39,537 nt of DNA from Fibrobacterales bacterium (GTDB taxonomy: Bacteria > Fibrobacterota > Fibrobacteria > Fibrobacterales > JAOPTW01): contig JAOPTW010000091.1 of assembly GCA_051532035.1 (NCBI GenBank), positions 1 to 39,537 on the forward strand. Direction: 5' to 3'. The position numbers and the translations under genes are program-made. The notes under the pieces were generated by a model. That model was given only the letters and a program-made list of their open reading frames with translations. It searched no databases and was not told the DNA's origin. Of the stretch, positions 1-12,600 are shown in pieces (within the stretch, counting starts at the first letter, position 1; every line of letters begins with the position of its first letter).

Positions 1-2
1 AA

Positions 3-1115
3 ATGCAAAATGAAGAGCTCCGCAGTGCCCATACCGAGATAGCTCAGTCACGGGAACGCTATTTTGAACTCTATGACCTCGCCCCCGTGGGATATATCAC
101 TATTAATGCAGAGGGCCTTATTACCGAGGCGAACCTTACGTTCGCTACTATGATCGGAATACCCAGACAAGAACTGCTCAACAAAGGCATTACACAATTT
201 ATTTACTCAGAAGACCAAGATACCTATTATCTTAATAAACAGAAACTCACGAGTAGCAATACACTCAATTTTCAAGAACTCAGATTAGTTACAAAAGGTG
301 GAACGTGTATATGGGTTCGTATTGATGCCACAGTAAAAGAGGAATCTAACACCCTCCATCTGTGTAAAATTACACTGAGTGATATTACACAACACAAAGA
401 GACCGAAAAAGCACTTCAAAATGCTCTTAAATTACAATCATTAGGTATTCTTGCAGGAGGTATAGCCCATGATTTCAACAACCTCCTTTCTGGTATTTTT
501 GGGTTTCTACAACTTGCTCTCTCTCACAATAAGGACGACAAGGTGGGCGTTTATCTTACTAAAGCATTAAGCCCTATAGAACGAACAAAAGCACTTACTC
601 AGCAACTCATCACCTTCTCAAAAGGCGGTGGCCCCATTAAAAAATCAAACTCTTTGTTCCCGTTCATTCAGGAAACAATAGAATTTGATCTGAGTGGTTC
701 TAATATATCGTGTCATTATTATGTACCCAAAGACCTATGGATGTGTAGTTTTGACCAAAATCAAATGGGTCAAGCAATTGATAACCTCATCATTAATGCG
801 ACACAAGCGATGCCCGATGGCGGTGAGATTGTCGTTACCGCAGCTAACACGATTATTCAAGAAGATGAACACATAGTGTTAATTCCAGGAAAGTATATTA
901 AGCTGTCTATGAGCGACCACGGCACTGGTATCCCCCCTGATACGCTTGGCAAAATTTTTGATCCTTTTTTCAGCACAAAGTCGAGTGGGCACGGGCTTGG
1001 TCTCGCGACCTGTTATTCAATTGTGAGTCGGCATAATGGTACTATTGAGGTAGATTCGAAAGTCAATGAGGGAACTACGGTTCATGTGTATTTGCCTGCG
1101 CTTGAGGAGTCTTAG
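3..1115 (+). CDS. PAS-domain sensor histidine kinase (probably 5'-truncated by the window edge)
   Basis: PAS start ELYDLAPVGY; H-box LAGGIAHDFNNLL; N-box NLIINA; G1 DHGTGI; F-box IFDPFFSTK; G2 GHGLGL. No receiver domain before the stop. Confidence 0.93.
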   Translation: MQNEELRSAHTEIAQSRERYFELYDLAPVGYITINAEGLITEANLTFATMIGIPRQELLNKGITQFIYSEDQDTYYLNKQKLTSSNTLNFQELRLVTKGGTCIWVRIDATVKEESNTLHLCKITLSDITQHKETEKALQNALKLQSLGILAGGIAHDFNNLLSGIFGFLQLALSHNKDDKVGVYLTKALSPIERTKALTQQLITFSKGGGPIKKSNSLFPFIQETIEFDLSGSNISCHYYVPKDLWMCSFDQNQMGQAIDNLIINATQAMPDGGEIVVTAANTIIQEDEHIVLIPGKYIKLSMSDHGTGIPPDTLGKIFDPFFSTKSSGHGLGLATCYSIVSRHNGTIEVDSKVNEGTTVHVYLPALEES

Positions 1116-1133
1116 GGATTCTCAAGCCAATAA

Positions 1134-2222
1134 TCACCCTTCCCAAACAGGAACATCACGCCCCCCAGCCCAAAACAACGCATTCAGCATCATCCGTTTA
1201 AAATACTCATTCCCATACATTGCATCCGCATGCCCTAGTGCCGTATAAAAGCTCCGCCCCGGATTAAGCTCACGGTACCAGGTCATAGGATGATACCCCA
1301 TGGCATCACCCCCGGCATCATATTCATCCTCATCAAATTCAAGAAGCATGGTAAAATCACTATTCGGAACATATCGAAAATTATAACACTCTTCTTCAAT
1401 CCATATCTTTTCATCAATATGATCAGTAGCCGGGTGTTCTTCTCCCGTTGGTACCATAAAGGTTGACTGCAAACCACTCGGATGACTCTTAAAGCGAGTC
1501 CCAACAAGCTCAGTATAATAATCCCAATCATACTCCGTATCAGTCGCCGCATGATTACCCACAAACCCTTTATCAGATTCAATAAACCGTTTCAGCGCAT
1601 CTTCCTGATTTCCATTCAACACATCTTTCGTCGTATTCAAAAAATACACTACATCAATAGTATCAAGAAAAGCATCGTTAAATACCGACGCATCCTTAGT
1701 ATCATGAACCACAAAGTCATACGTAGCTGCTAAAGTATGTACCATGGGAACCCCAGCATCAATACTCTCATGAAAGTATCCTACCGTCTTATGAAACAAC
1801 AACACACGTAACGGACCAACCGGTTCAGTCTCAGAAGATGAACTCACCTCAGAACTACTCGAAACAGTAGATGACAATACAACAACCACTGAAGAAGAGC
1901 TCACTCCACTACTCTCACCTTCCACCGATGAAGAACTCACCATCGCTTCACTCGAACTCACGATATCGTGACTCGAACTCATACTAGATGATTCATCCAG
2001 AGAAGAAGAAGAAGAAGAAGAAATCCTTACACTTGAACTACTCATAACACTACTTGCATGAGGAGTACCACCCAAACTCCATTCAGAACAGAGTGCGTCA
2101 TCACCCTCACTCGACTCCTGAGTCTGAGAGCTCTCATTCTGGGACCCTACCTCACTCAGAGGTTCTGTACAGTGAAACAAACTAATGACGAGTGGAATAT
2201 AAAGAATTTTTCTGATAATCAT
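1134..2222 (-). CDS. ThuA-like domain lipoprotein with long Ser-rich linker
   Basis: Start re-placed at ATG 2222 (MIIRKILYIPLVISLFHC: signal peptide ending in Cys18, purine-rich AGAAGGG upstream). Poly-Ser linker, then ThuA-type motifs VLLFHKTVGYFHESI, GFVGNHAATD, GRSFYTALGH. Confidence 0.85.
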   Translation of the reverse strand: MIIRKILYIPLVISLFHCTEPLSEVGSQNESSQTQESSEGDDALCSEWSLGGTPHASSVMSSSSVRISSSSSSSLDESSSMSSSHDIVSSSEAMVSSSSVEGESSGVSSSSVVVVLSSTVSSSSEVSSSSETEPVGPLRVLLFHKTVGYFHESIDAGVPMVHTLAATYDFVVHDTKDASVFNDAFLDTIDVVYFLNTTKDVLNGNQEDALKRFIESDKGFVGNHAATDTEYDWDYYTELVGTRFKSHPSGLQSTFMVPTGEEHPATDHIDEKIWIEEECYNFRYVPNSDFTMLLEFDEDEYDAGGDAMGYHPMTWYRELNPGRSFYTALGHADAMYGNEYFKRMMLNALFWAGGRDVPVWEG

Positions 2223-2271
2223 GTGCGCCCTTCTTGATCTGAGCATAACATAAGTATTTTGGGGCAGAACA

Positions 2272-2306
2272 CAACACAAACGAGACCTCAGCCCAAATTT
2301 GTGTTG
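2272..2306. promoter_or_regulatory. Inverted repeat CAACACAAA-N17-TTTGTGTTG between divergent genes; candidate operator
   Basis: Perfect 9-bp arms at 2272-2280 and 2298-2306 in the 160-bp divergent intergenic region. Confidence 0.4.
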
Positions 2307-2382
2307 ATTATTACAAACCGCTACACTCAACAGACAAATAGATTTACTAACTTTGACAAAAACGTAACCACTGAGACCTCCT

Positions 2383-3051
2383 ATGCCTACTCCACTTGAT
2401 TTTATCGAAACAAAACCCACTACTCCACATACCGCAACGGTAATTTGGCTCCATGGCCTCGGTGATAGCGGATTTGGGCATGAACCTATTGCCGAAGAGA
2501 TGAACCTCGACCCTGCGCTGGGCATCAAGTTTATTTTTCCTCACGCACCACAACTCCCCGTTACCGTTAATGGTGGAATGGTTATGCCAGCATGGTACGA
2601 CATTTTAGAGGCCAATCTTGGTAGAAAAATTGACGAAGCGGGTATCGAACAGTCAAGTCAACAAATTTCTGATATTATCCAACAAGAGATAGAGAACGGC
2701 ATTTCTGCTGATCGCATTATACTTGCCGGTTTTTCTCAGGGAGGTGCCGTCGCACTCCATACTGCCCTCAAATATCCGATCAAACTAGGAGGCATCATCG
2801 CCATGTCGACCTATCTCGGTGTCGCTTCCGTGCTCAACCTCTCTACATCAGCAATAAATAGTGGAGTAACTATCTATTGGGGGCATGGAAGTCAAGACCC
2901 TGTTGTCCCGCTTCAACTGGCAAAAGAGTCTATTAAGACAATTGAGAAGGGTGGTTATTCTGTAACACTCAATCAATTTCCTATGGAACATAGTATACAT
3001 CCTCAAGAAATTTCAGAAGTAAAACAATACATCATACGCCAACTCACTTAG
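2383..3051 (+). CDS. Phospholipase/carboxylesterase (alpha/beta hydrolase, Abhydrolase_2 type)
   Basis: VIWLHGLGDSG, PVTVNGGMVMPAWYDI, nucleophile elbow GFSQGG, HGSQDPVVP, and catalytic His in MEHS. Confidence 0.93.
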   Translation: MPTPLDFIETKPTTPHTATVIWLHGLGDSGFGHEPIAEEMNLDPALGIKFIFPHAPQLPVTVNGGMVMPAWYDILEANLGRKIDEAGIEQSSQQISDIIQQEIENGISADRIILAGFSQGGAVALHTALKYPIKLGGIIAMSTYLGVASVLNLSTSAINSGVTIYWGHGSQDPVVPLQLAKESIKTIEKGGYSVTLNQFPMEHSIHPQEISEVKQYIIRQLT

Positions 3052-3102
3052 TACCCACAAGTATTCTATAATCACTTACCCCTACATTATTCATTGTGTC
3101 TA

Positions 3103-3133
3103 AAAATGAGCGCTTAAACTCACCGCTCATTTT
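3103..3133 (+). terminator. Hairpin downstream of the esterase gene, probable terminator
   Basis: AAAATGAGCG-N11-CGCTCATTTT, a 10-bp stem ending in Ts. Confidence 0.5.
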
Positions 3134-3342
3134 ACGCAATCACATAGAATAAACCACGTTTAGAAAACCTTTGAGACTGAACAGTCCAATTGTAAACTTT
3201 TCATCACGGCAAATGCCCGAGAACACTAAAGAACAAAACAATTCAACCATAGCTAACCCCTTAAAATGAAATAAGATACCCCATTTTAATGATTTATTTC
3301 AACTATTCCCCTGCTATTAAAGCCCTGAAAAGAAGCAAACGC

Positions 3343-3368
3343 ACTATGTAAACTCTTATTTACATAGT
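3343..3368. promoter_or_regulatory. Perfect palindrome ACTATGTAAA-N6-TTTACATAGT, candidate transcription-factor site upstream of the giant protease
   Basis: 10-bp perfect arms with a 6-bp spacer, about 300 bp upstream of the start codon. Confidence 0.5.
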
Positions 3369-3664
3369 ATCGATTTTAAAAGATTTATCTACGTTTTATT
3401 CACACATTATTGATTCTTTGTAAAACACGAAGAAACATTTTAGTGTCAATTAGCAAAAAGTTCCGTGCTTAAAAAGAATTAAGCAGATCTTTTTACTACT
3501 GTTTAGAAGCTGTAAAATTCTCTTACTTTTCTTGGGGAAGAAATGAAGAGAATATTACTGGGGTAAATACAGCGAGAGGGCACTACTATCTTTTTAAATT
3601 CTGGGTGATAGCCAGTTGTCTCTTTCGTACTGTAAAAAATCACAAAGTATTGGAGATACATTCT

Positions 3665-6600
3665 ATGATTAAAACACCAAACCTATGGGCTAAGGTATTA
3701 TCTGTTCCTCTGTTCCTATCAATAAACTCAATAGCAGTAACGACTTTTTCACCTGCTGACTTACATTATTCACTGATACCTACAGATCAGACTGAAGTGC
3801 AAACTTCGGTACTTACTAATGGCAGTGGCGCACCTATCATCTATTCAGTACGCAGTACTTCAATAGTTTCTCGCCCTACTGTAAGCTCGACCATTTCTAA
3901 TTTTAGCCAATCAGCACCCGTTTCACAATCAATGTTGACTCATCAGGCTCAAAATTCAACCAATTTTGTGCCCGGTCAAGTCGTGGTTGCAATCCAAGAG
4001 GAATCAGGGGTCTCGTCATTTTCATCATTATCGGCGTACCCTGCTGCTTTTCAAAACCTCCAAATTGATCACATTAAAACCATAATCCCTCCCCAGCCTA
4101 AATCTCAAGGGATTTCTCTTCTCTCCTCTACTCAGAAAAAAATATTAGTACTTACCCTGTCAGAAGAAACAACAGAAGCGGTATCCGCAGCTGTTGAAAG
4201 CCTTAACAATGACCCAGAAGTGCTCTATGCAGAGCCAAACTGGATTATTTCATTACAAGGTATCCCCGATGACACTGAATTTCATCGTCAATGGGGGCTT
4301 CATAACACAGGACAAGACGGCGGAATCATTGATTCTGATATCGATATGCCTAGAGCGTGGGATGTTACCACAGGGAGTAGCACAACAACTGTTGCTATTA
4401 TAGATAGTGGTATTGATTATGATCATCCTGATCTTATTGATAACCTCTGGACTAATCCTAATGAAATTGCCGACAATGGCATTGATGACGATAATAATGG
4501 CTATATCGATGATATTCATGGCTGGAACTTTATTGATGATACTAATGATGCCCGTGATAATAACAATCATGGATCAAATGTTGCAGGTATCATTGCAGCT
4601 AAAGGCGGCAATAATCAAGGTGTTGCTGGAGTTGCATGGAATGCTCAACTTGTTTCACTTAAATTCCTCGATGGAGCAGGTAACGGCACTTCAGTCGGTG
4701 CACTTCAATCTATCTATTATGCAGTAGCAGCCAATATCCCCCTTATTAATAACAGTTGGGGTGGCAGTTCTTATAGCCAAATGCTTAAAGATGCTATTGA
4801 TGAAAGTGATGCTCTTTTTCTTTGCGCAGCCGGTAATACAGGAACAAACGCAGATGTTAATCCAATTTACCCGGCCGCTTATACTTCAGATAACGTTATT
4901 TCAGTTGGTTCATCTACACGACTCGACTGGATTGCTGATCACTCAAATTATGGAGTAGTCAGTGTAGACCTTATGGCTCCTGGTGAAAGTATCTACACCA
5001 CATCACGTGCTTTTGCCTATCAAACATCACACGGTACTTCAATGGCAACCCCATTTGTTTCGGGTGTTGCGGCTCTTGCCTATTCGTTAAACCCATCACT
5101 TACCGCAGTTCAAATCAAAAACCTTATTCTCGATAATGCTGACCCTATTGGGTACTTTTTTGGAAAATCGGTTACAGGTGGTCGTCTCAATGCATTGAAT
5201 GTTGTTACTAAAGCAACACCATCATGGTTTAGCGTTACTGATAATGGTAATGGTACTATCGCAGCAGGTGGTTCAGTAGAATTTTCTGTATCGGTAGACC
5301 CTTCTACCTTAACTGCAGGCACTTGGGAAGTTGAAATTGAAATCGAAACTAATGACCCTGCATCACCAATCGTCATACTCCCTGTTACTATTGAAATTGG
5401 AAGCTGTGGTTCATTAACAGCAGTACCAAGTACTCTTACATTCCCCCTTACTTGGGTTGGTAACACTGAAAATCAGTCAATTGAACTCCTCAATAACTGT
5501 AATGCAGACGTCACCATCAACAGCATTACTTCTACACTCAGTGAAGTTATTCCTAATTTAGCCGCTCCTCTTACCGTGCCAGCATTTGGAAGCCTCACGC
5601 TCCCTGCTACTTTTAGCCCGATAAGTGAAGGTATTCAAAATGGAGAACTTGTTATCGAGAGTCAAGCTACGCCAAGTACTTTCATAATTGATGTACAAAC
5701 CGAAGCCGCTAACGGACCAATTCTCACCTTTTCTAGTCCAACTATTGAAGAAAACCTCATTGAAGGTGAATCTCGTATTCTACCATTTACCGTAACGAAT
5801 ACTGGTGTAGAACCACTTGAATTTACGCTTATTGCTTCTGCCCAGTGGATTACCGTTCCAACAGCCCTCTTTACTGTTGCTCCTGGAGCATCAACAATTG
5901 TTGATATTACATTGGATGCAGGGACTCTTATTGGTGGAAATCACAGTTCAGACATAGAATTCTTACACAATGGTGTTGGTGCTTCTCCAAAACCACTGCC
6001 AACAACAATTACTATTGAAGCTGATAATTTTGCCTATGCGTCTCCTTCACCGGTTAACTTTGGTGATGTAAGCGGTCCTGTAGATGAAACATTCACTCCG
6101 CAACTTTCTGTGGGCAATCTCAGCCATAGTGGTGCGTATGCAGTTGGTGACCTTGACCTTGATGGTGAACTCGACTATATCCTTGGCGAAATGGTTAATG
6201 CTGCTCCAGTAACCTCAAATCTTGTATGGCTGAACAATGCTCGCGTATGTGATGCTCCTTTTAATTATGAGATGATCGCGCAAGGTGCTGTTGCAGCGCA
6301 ACAGTATGAAGCGATTGCCATGGGTGATATCGATGGCGATGGTGACATTGACCTTGTTGCGTCAGTAAGTATTGCGGGTACCAACCCAGAGATCTTTTGG
6401 TATGAAAACAATGGCTCTCAGTCATTTATTCAGCATACACTCTCAGTACCGGTACTTGCTTCAAATATAACTATTATGGATTTTGACACTGATGGGTCAA
6501 ATGATATCGTAATTACCGATAAAACAAACAATACTGCTCAACTCCTCAGAAACAATGGTAACGAGACATTTACTGCAAGCTCACTTATAACAGTCGTTGA

Positions 6601-9600
6601 TGCCACTATTCAAACATTGAAACATTTAGATATCAATGGCGATGGCCGCATGGATTTTGCTGGTATTGTTTTTAACACTAATACCAATGAGTATGACTTT
6701 GTTTCATATCTCAACATTGGTAACCCAACGTTTTTATTTACCACTCATGAATCATTCGATTCAAAGCCTACTATCTCAGTTGGATATATCAATGCTGATA
6801 ATGATCCTGATGTGGTACTCACCGGATCATTCGACCATATCAAATGGTACGAGAGTCTTGCAGGAACGTTTAACCCTTTTACTGCCCCTCACGCAGGGTT
6901 AACGGGAGAAGTTGTTATTGCCGATATCAATAATGATGGCAACACTGATATTGTATCGGTAGTCAATGATGACGTTACAGGGCCAACACTCTCGGTACTC
7001 TACAAATCGGGTTTTACCTTTTCAGCTCCGGTACCGCTCTATGGTGGCACTCTATCACACATGACTGTTGGCGATTTCAACAGCGACCTCGACAACGACA
7101 TTGTTGGCTACGACAGTGACAACAATCAAATGATCGAATTACAGAGTAATCGTTCTATAACACGAGTTGTTACCCTAGAAAATACTGGTGGATTTGAGAC
7201 CGAAGTCATTGATCTTGGTATTGATGATCCATTCAAATTTAATATAGCAGGCGAACATCATGACTTTATCTTACCGGCACGTACAAAACTCTGCTTCGAC
7301 ATCGCGTATGAAGGAAACAATGAGTATGTGACGGGTGAAGTTCGCTTTATCTCGAATGCATTAAATGGATCAGTTCAAAGTGCGGCACTTATCGCTGGTA
7401 TCCCACCCTATGAAGATGTTGCACCGGGCAAAAGAATACAGGCCGATACTGAAGAAGGAATACATTGGTCTGATCGTGCTTTTGACAAAGACCCTACAAC
7501 CCGTTGGTCATCTGAATTCGAGGATCCACAAAATATCTGGGTTGAACTTTTAGGTTCGTATGACGTTGATAAAATCAAATTTCACTGGGAGGCTGCATCA
7601 GCAAAAACCTATGCTATAGAAGTTACCTATGCTGGTGGTAATGGAAATTGGGTCGTTGCCAAACAAATCTATAATGCTGATGGCGGCTGGGATATTCATA
7701 ATGTCGACCTGAGAGGCATTACTGGCGTAAGAATGGCCGGTACTGAACGAAATACTGAGTATGGCTATTCACTTTGGTCTTTTGAAGTATGGGGCAGACA
7801 GAATATTAGCAATACTCCTGCTCTAACCACTATAGATCTTACTCCTGAAACAATGACAATACGTGCAAATGAGACCGCACAATTTACTGCACAAGGCCTT
7901 GATCAAAATGGTAATACATTTACTACCCCTATTACTTGGAGTGTGAGTGGCCCAGCTACAATAACTCAGAATGGTTTGGTATCACCAACAGCAAGAGGCT
8001 TTTACATTGTAACCGCAAGCAGTGGTCCTATTACTAAAACAGCCCAGTTGATTGTTTCTGAAGCACCTGCCCTCGATAGAATAGAGGTATCACCGGTAAA
8101 TGACCTAATCATGGAAGGTGAAACACTTCAGTATACCGCAACAGGATACGATCAATTTAACAATACAGTAACTATTGATCCAACCTGGAGTACCGATGGT
8201 GGAGCTATTTCTGCGACAGGCCTCTATATGGGTTCTGCTCCTGGTACATTCAACGTAACTGCAACAGTAAACGCTATTACAGCAACAACAGCAATTACGG
8301 TACAAGACGCACCACACGTTGATATCATCAATATTACTCCTCTCAATGCAACAATCATGGAAGGGGCAACCATCCAATATAATGCAACAGGAGTTGACCA
8401 ATACGGTGATGCTATTACTGTAAATCCAGTATGGAGTACTGATGGTGGAGCTATTTCTGCGACAGGCCTCTACACGGGTTCTGCTCCTGGAGTATTCGTC
8501 GTTACCGCAACTGAAAGTGGTGTTATTACAACCACATCAATTACTATTAATGATGCACCGAGAGTTGATGTCATAAACATTGAGCCTCTCAATGCAACAA
8601 TCATGGAAGGTGCAACCCTCCAATATAGCGCAACAGGCATTGACCAATACGGCGATGCTATTACTGTAAGTCCAGTATGGAGCACTGATGGTGGAGCTAT
8701 TTCTGCTGCAGGCCTCTACACGGGTTCTGCTCCTGGAGTATTCGTCGTTACTGCTACTGAAAGTGGTGTTATAGCAACCACATCAATTACTATTAATGAT
8801 GCACCGAGAGTTGACGTCATAAATATTGAGCCTCTGGATGCAACAATCATGGAAGGCCAAACACTTCAATATAGCGCGACAGGCATTGACCAATACGGTG
8901 ATGCTATTACCATAAATCCAGCATGGACAACTAATGGTGGATCTTTCTCTGCAACAGGCCTCTACACGGGTTCTGCTCCTGGGGCATTTACCGTAACAGC
9001 ATCTGAGAATGGTACAACTGCAGCAACAACTATTACGGTTAATGGCGCACCAAGACTTGATAGGATTGAAGTATCTCCAGCAAATAGCACTCTTGTAGAA
9101 GGATCAACACAACAATATAGTGTTGTTGGATTTGATCAGTACAATAACACAATAGTTGTTCTTAATCCAACCTGGACTGTGGATGGCGGTTCAATCGCTC
9201 CTACTGGCCTCTATACTGCATCAGCAGTAGGTTCTTTCAGCGTTACAGCAACCCTTGGTACCATTAGTGGTAGCACAGGCGTAACGGTATCTGATGCACC
9301 TACTCTTGATAGAATAGAGATTTCTCCTGAAAATGCAACAATCGTTGAAGGTAACACCCTTCAATATAGTGCAATAGGATATGATCAATTTGGTGATGTT
9401 ATCGCCTTCACTCCAGCATGGAGTACTGATGGTGGTTCTATTTCTGCAACGGGTCGCTATACCGGTTCAGAAGATGGTACCTTTACCGTAACAGTAGGCT
9501 ATAATGGAGTATCACAGTCTACTTCTATTATCGTCACTGCTGCACCAACACTCGCATCAATCGCTATAAATCCTACAAGTGCGACAGTAACCGTTGGTAC

Positions 9601-12600
9601 TACTCGACAATATGCCGCAACAGGTACTGACCAATATGGAAACTCTATTGCTATTCCATCACTTGTATGGGATGTTCTCGGTAGTGCAGGTACTATTAAT
9701 CAGTCAGGGCGTTTTACCGCAACATCTGCATCAAATGCATCACGCATTACGGCAACGTCTGGATCAGTCACCGCATTTGTTCCTGTCATTACCATTGCGC
9801 TTCCTTCAGATGTCGCACTCAATAAACCTGCGAAATCATCTACAAACCAGTCAGGTTACTATGCTTCAAGTGCAAATGACGGCAATGATAATACTCGTTG
9901 GTCTTCGTTATTCCTAAACAACCAATATCTTGAGATTAACCTCCAAGGCTTCTACAATATTACTACTTCAAAAATCAAATGGGAAACTGCAGCAGCACGC
10001 ACTTACCGTATAGATGTATCTGAAGATGGTCAAAATTGGAAAACCGCCTATTCAACCTCTTATGGTAATGGCGGTACTGATACTCACAATCTCAATGAAG
10101 AAAAAGTGGCGTATATCAGAATGTATGGCGTTACCCGTACTACGGAATGGGGAATGTCGATCTACACATTCGAAGTTATGGGCACACCGTATGTAAATGA
10201 CCCACCAGTCTTAACTTCTATTGTAGTCAGTCCATTAGCAAGCAGCATAAAAGTTGGAGAAACACAACAGTATGCCGCAAATGCTTATGACCAGTACGGC
10301 GACCTCTACCTCACCTCTTTTGACTGGACTACTACTGCTGGTTCTATTGACAATGCAGGTCTCCTAACTGCAGCAACAGAAGGCGCAGCAACAGTAACTG
10401 CTACAGCCGAGGGTATTTCAAGAAATGTTGCGGTGACGGTATTAGCAGCACCTGAACTGGCCTCAATTGTTATGACCCCTGCCTCTCTTACTATTGACCA
10501 ATATGAAACAGCTCAGTTTAGTGCAGAAGCTTTTGACCAATATGGTGAACCAGTTAGTGCACTCTTTAACTGGTCAAGTACTCTTGGTTCTATCGATAAT
10601 GCAGGAAGCTTTACCAGTACCCTACCGGGTACCGGCATTATTACGGTAACTGCTGAAGGTGTAAGTGTTGCAGCCAATGTTACTGTTATTGAATTACCAG
10701 TACTTGCTTCTGCCGAAATCACTCCCAATACTGCATCAATTGATTTTGAAGGCACTATACAAGTATCAGCTCAAGGGTATGACCAATTTGGAAATCCTAT
10801 AGCGGCAAACTTCACATGGCATGCAACTATCGGTACTATAAGTCTTGATGGAATATACTTCGGTGCTACTGCAGGTGTTGCAACTCTTACTGCAACGTCT
10901 GGTTCAGTTGTCGCAACCGCATCTATTACTGTTGCCGATGCGCCAGTACTGACTACAGCGGTTGTCTCACCCAATGGTGTGAGTCTCCCTTTTGGTGCAT
11001 CAGAACTGTTCTCTGTTGAAGGACTTGATCAATATGGCAACGCTATTGCAGCCTCTTTTACATGGAGTAGCGACATAGGGACAATCACCCCTACGGGCCT
11101 CTTTACCGGTACCGCAGAAGGCCTTACAACAATTACCGCAACATCAGGTTCAGTGTATGCCTCTGTTACTGCAACTGTTGCCGCACAACCCGTTCTTACC
11201 TCTGTTATAATCACTCCTGGCAGTGCAACCATCCCTTTTGGTGGCACTGCTCAATTTACAGCACAAGGGTTTGACCAGTTTGCCAATTCAATTGCAGCGG
11301 TCTTTACCTGGAGCGCCGATATTGGATCAATTTCAACAGATGGTCTCTATAGCGGTTCTGTAGAAGGTAGTGCAACAATTACTGCAACAGCGGGAGCAAT
11401 TGCTGCTGACGCTCAAGTAATTGTTGCCGGACAACCAATGCTCTCGACTATTGTAATTACTCCTGATGCGGCAACAATCGCTTTTGGTAGTACTCAGCAA
11501 TTTTCTGCAGAAGGATATGATCAGTTTAATAACGCATTCCCTGCAACCTTTGCTTGGAACGCAGATATTGGTACTATCACAGCAGCAGGTCTCTATACGG
11601 GATCTGTCGAAGGTGCCGCAACAATCACTGTTGCCTCTGGTGCCGTATCTGCGACAGCATCTGTATCAGTTTCAGAAGAGCCAGTATTAAGCATAGCGGT
11701 TATCACGCCAAATACTGTTACTCTCGCATTTGGTGAAGAAATACAGTTTGACGTTGAAGGGTTCGACCAAGATGGCAATCCCATAGCAGCAATCTACACA
11801 TGGGCTACAACAAAAGGCTCTATTGATAATAGTGGATACTTTACTGCTTCTGAAGAAGGTGTTGCAACAATTACTGCCACTGCTGGTAGTGTGGTTGCAT
11901 TTGCAACAGCAACGGTATCTGAAGAACCGGTGGTTACAACAATCGCACTCACCCCAACATCTGCAAATCTCTCTGTTGGTCAAGATCTCCAGTTTAATGC
12001 GGTAGCATTCGACCAGTTTAACGATCCGATTGCCACACTCTTTACTTGGAACGTTGCTGGTTCTACTGGCTCTATTAGCACTACAGGGCACTTCACTGCA
12101 CTCAATGCTTCGACAGGTACGTTAGTAACCGTAACAGCTGGTTCAATAACCGAAACGGCAATGGTTGTTATTTATAACAACCCTATCCTTACGACCATTG
12201 AACTTACTCCAGCCGTTAAAACCCTTGATATTGGTAACAGTCAACAATATACTGCAGTTGGTAGAGACCAATTTGGTGATGTGATCAGTGTTCCCTTTAC
12301 CTGGTCTACAATTGGTTCAGGTGGTTCAATCAACACATCGGGTAGATTCACCGCAACGACAGCGTCACAAAACACTCAAGTAGTGGTTACCTCTGGTTCT
12401 GTTACTGCACAAGCCCTGGTACGAGTCAATGCAACCCCTGTTGATGTCGCCCTCAATAAGACTGCTACTGCAAGATCAACTGAATCAGGTCACCCTGCTC
12501 GTTACGCAAATGACGGGAACAGCTCATCACGCTGGTCTTCAACATTTGCTGACCCACAATGGATCGAAATCGATCTGAACGGTGAATATGATCTCAGTAG

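Noticed and set aside
1999..2023. (GAA)n run as a contingency repeat
   Set aside because: It simply encodes part of the poly-Ser linker on the minus strand.
2223..2528. 102-aa N-terminal extension of the ThuA ORF in the ORF track
   Set aside because: It overlaps the divergent esterase gene; the lipoprotein signal and RBS point to ATG 2222.
3558..3620. Possible c-di-GMP-I (GEMM) riboswitch (GGTAAA...GAGA...GATAGCCAGTTG)
   Set aside because: Only the end motifs resemble it. The P1 stem around the GNRA loop does not pair and the GACGCAAA core is missing. Kept only as a generic structured leader.
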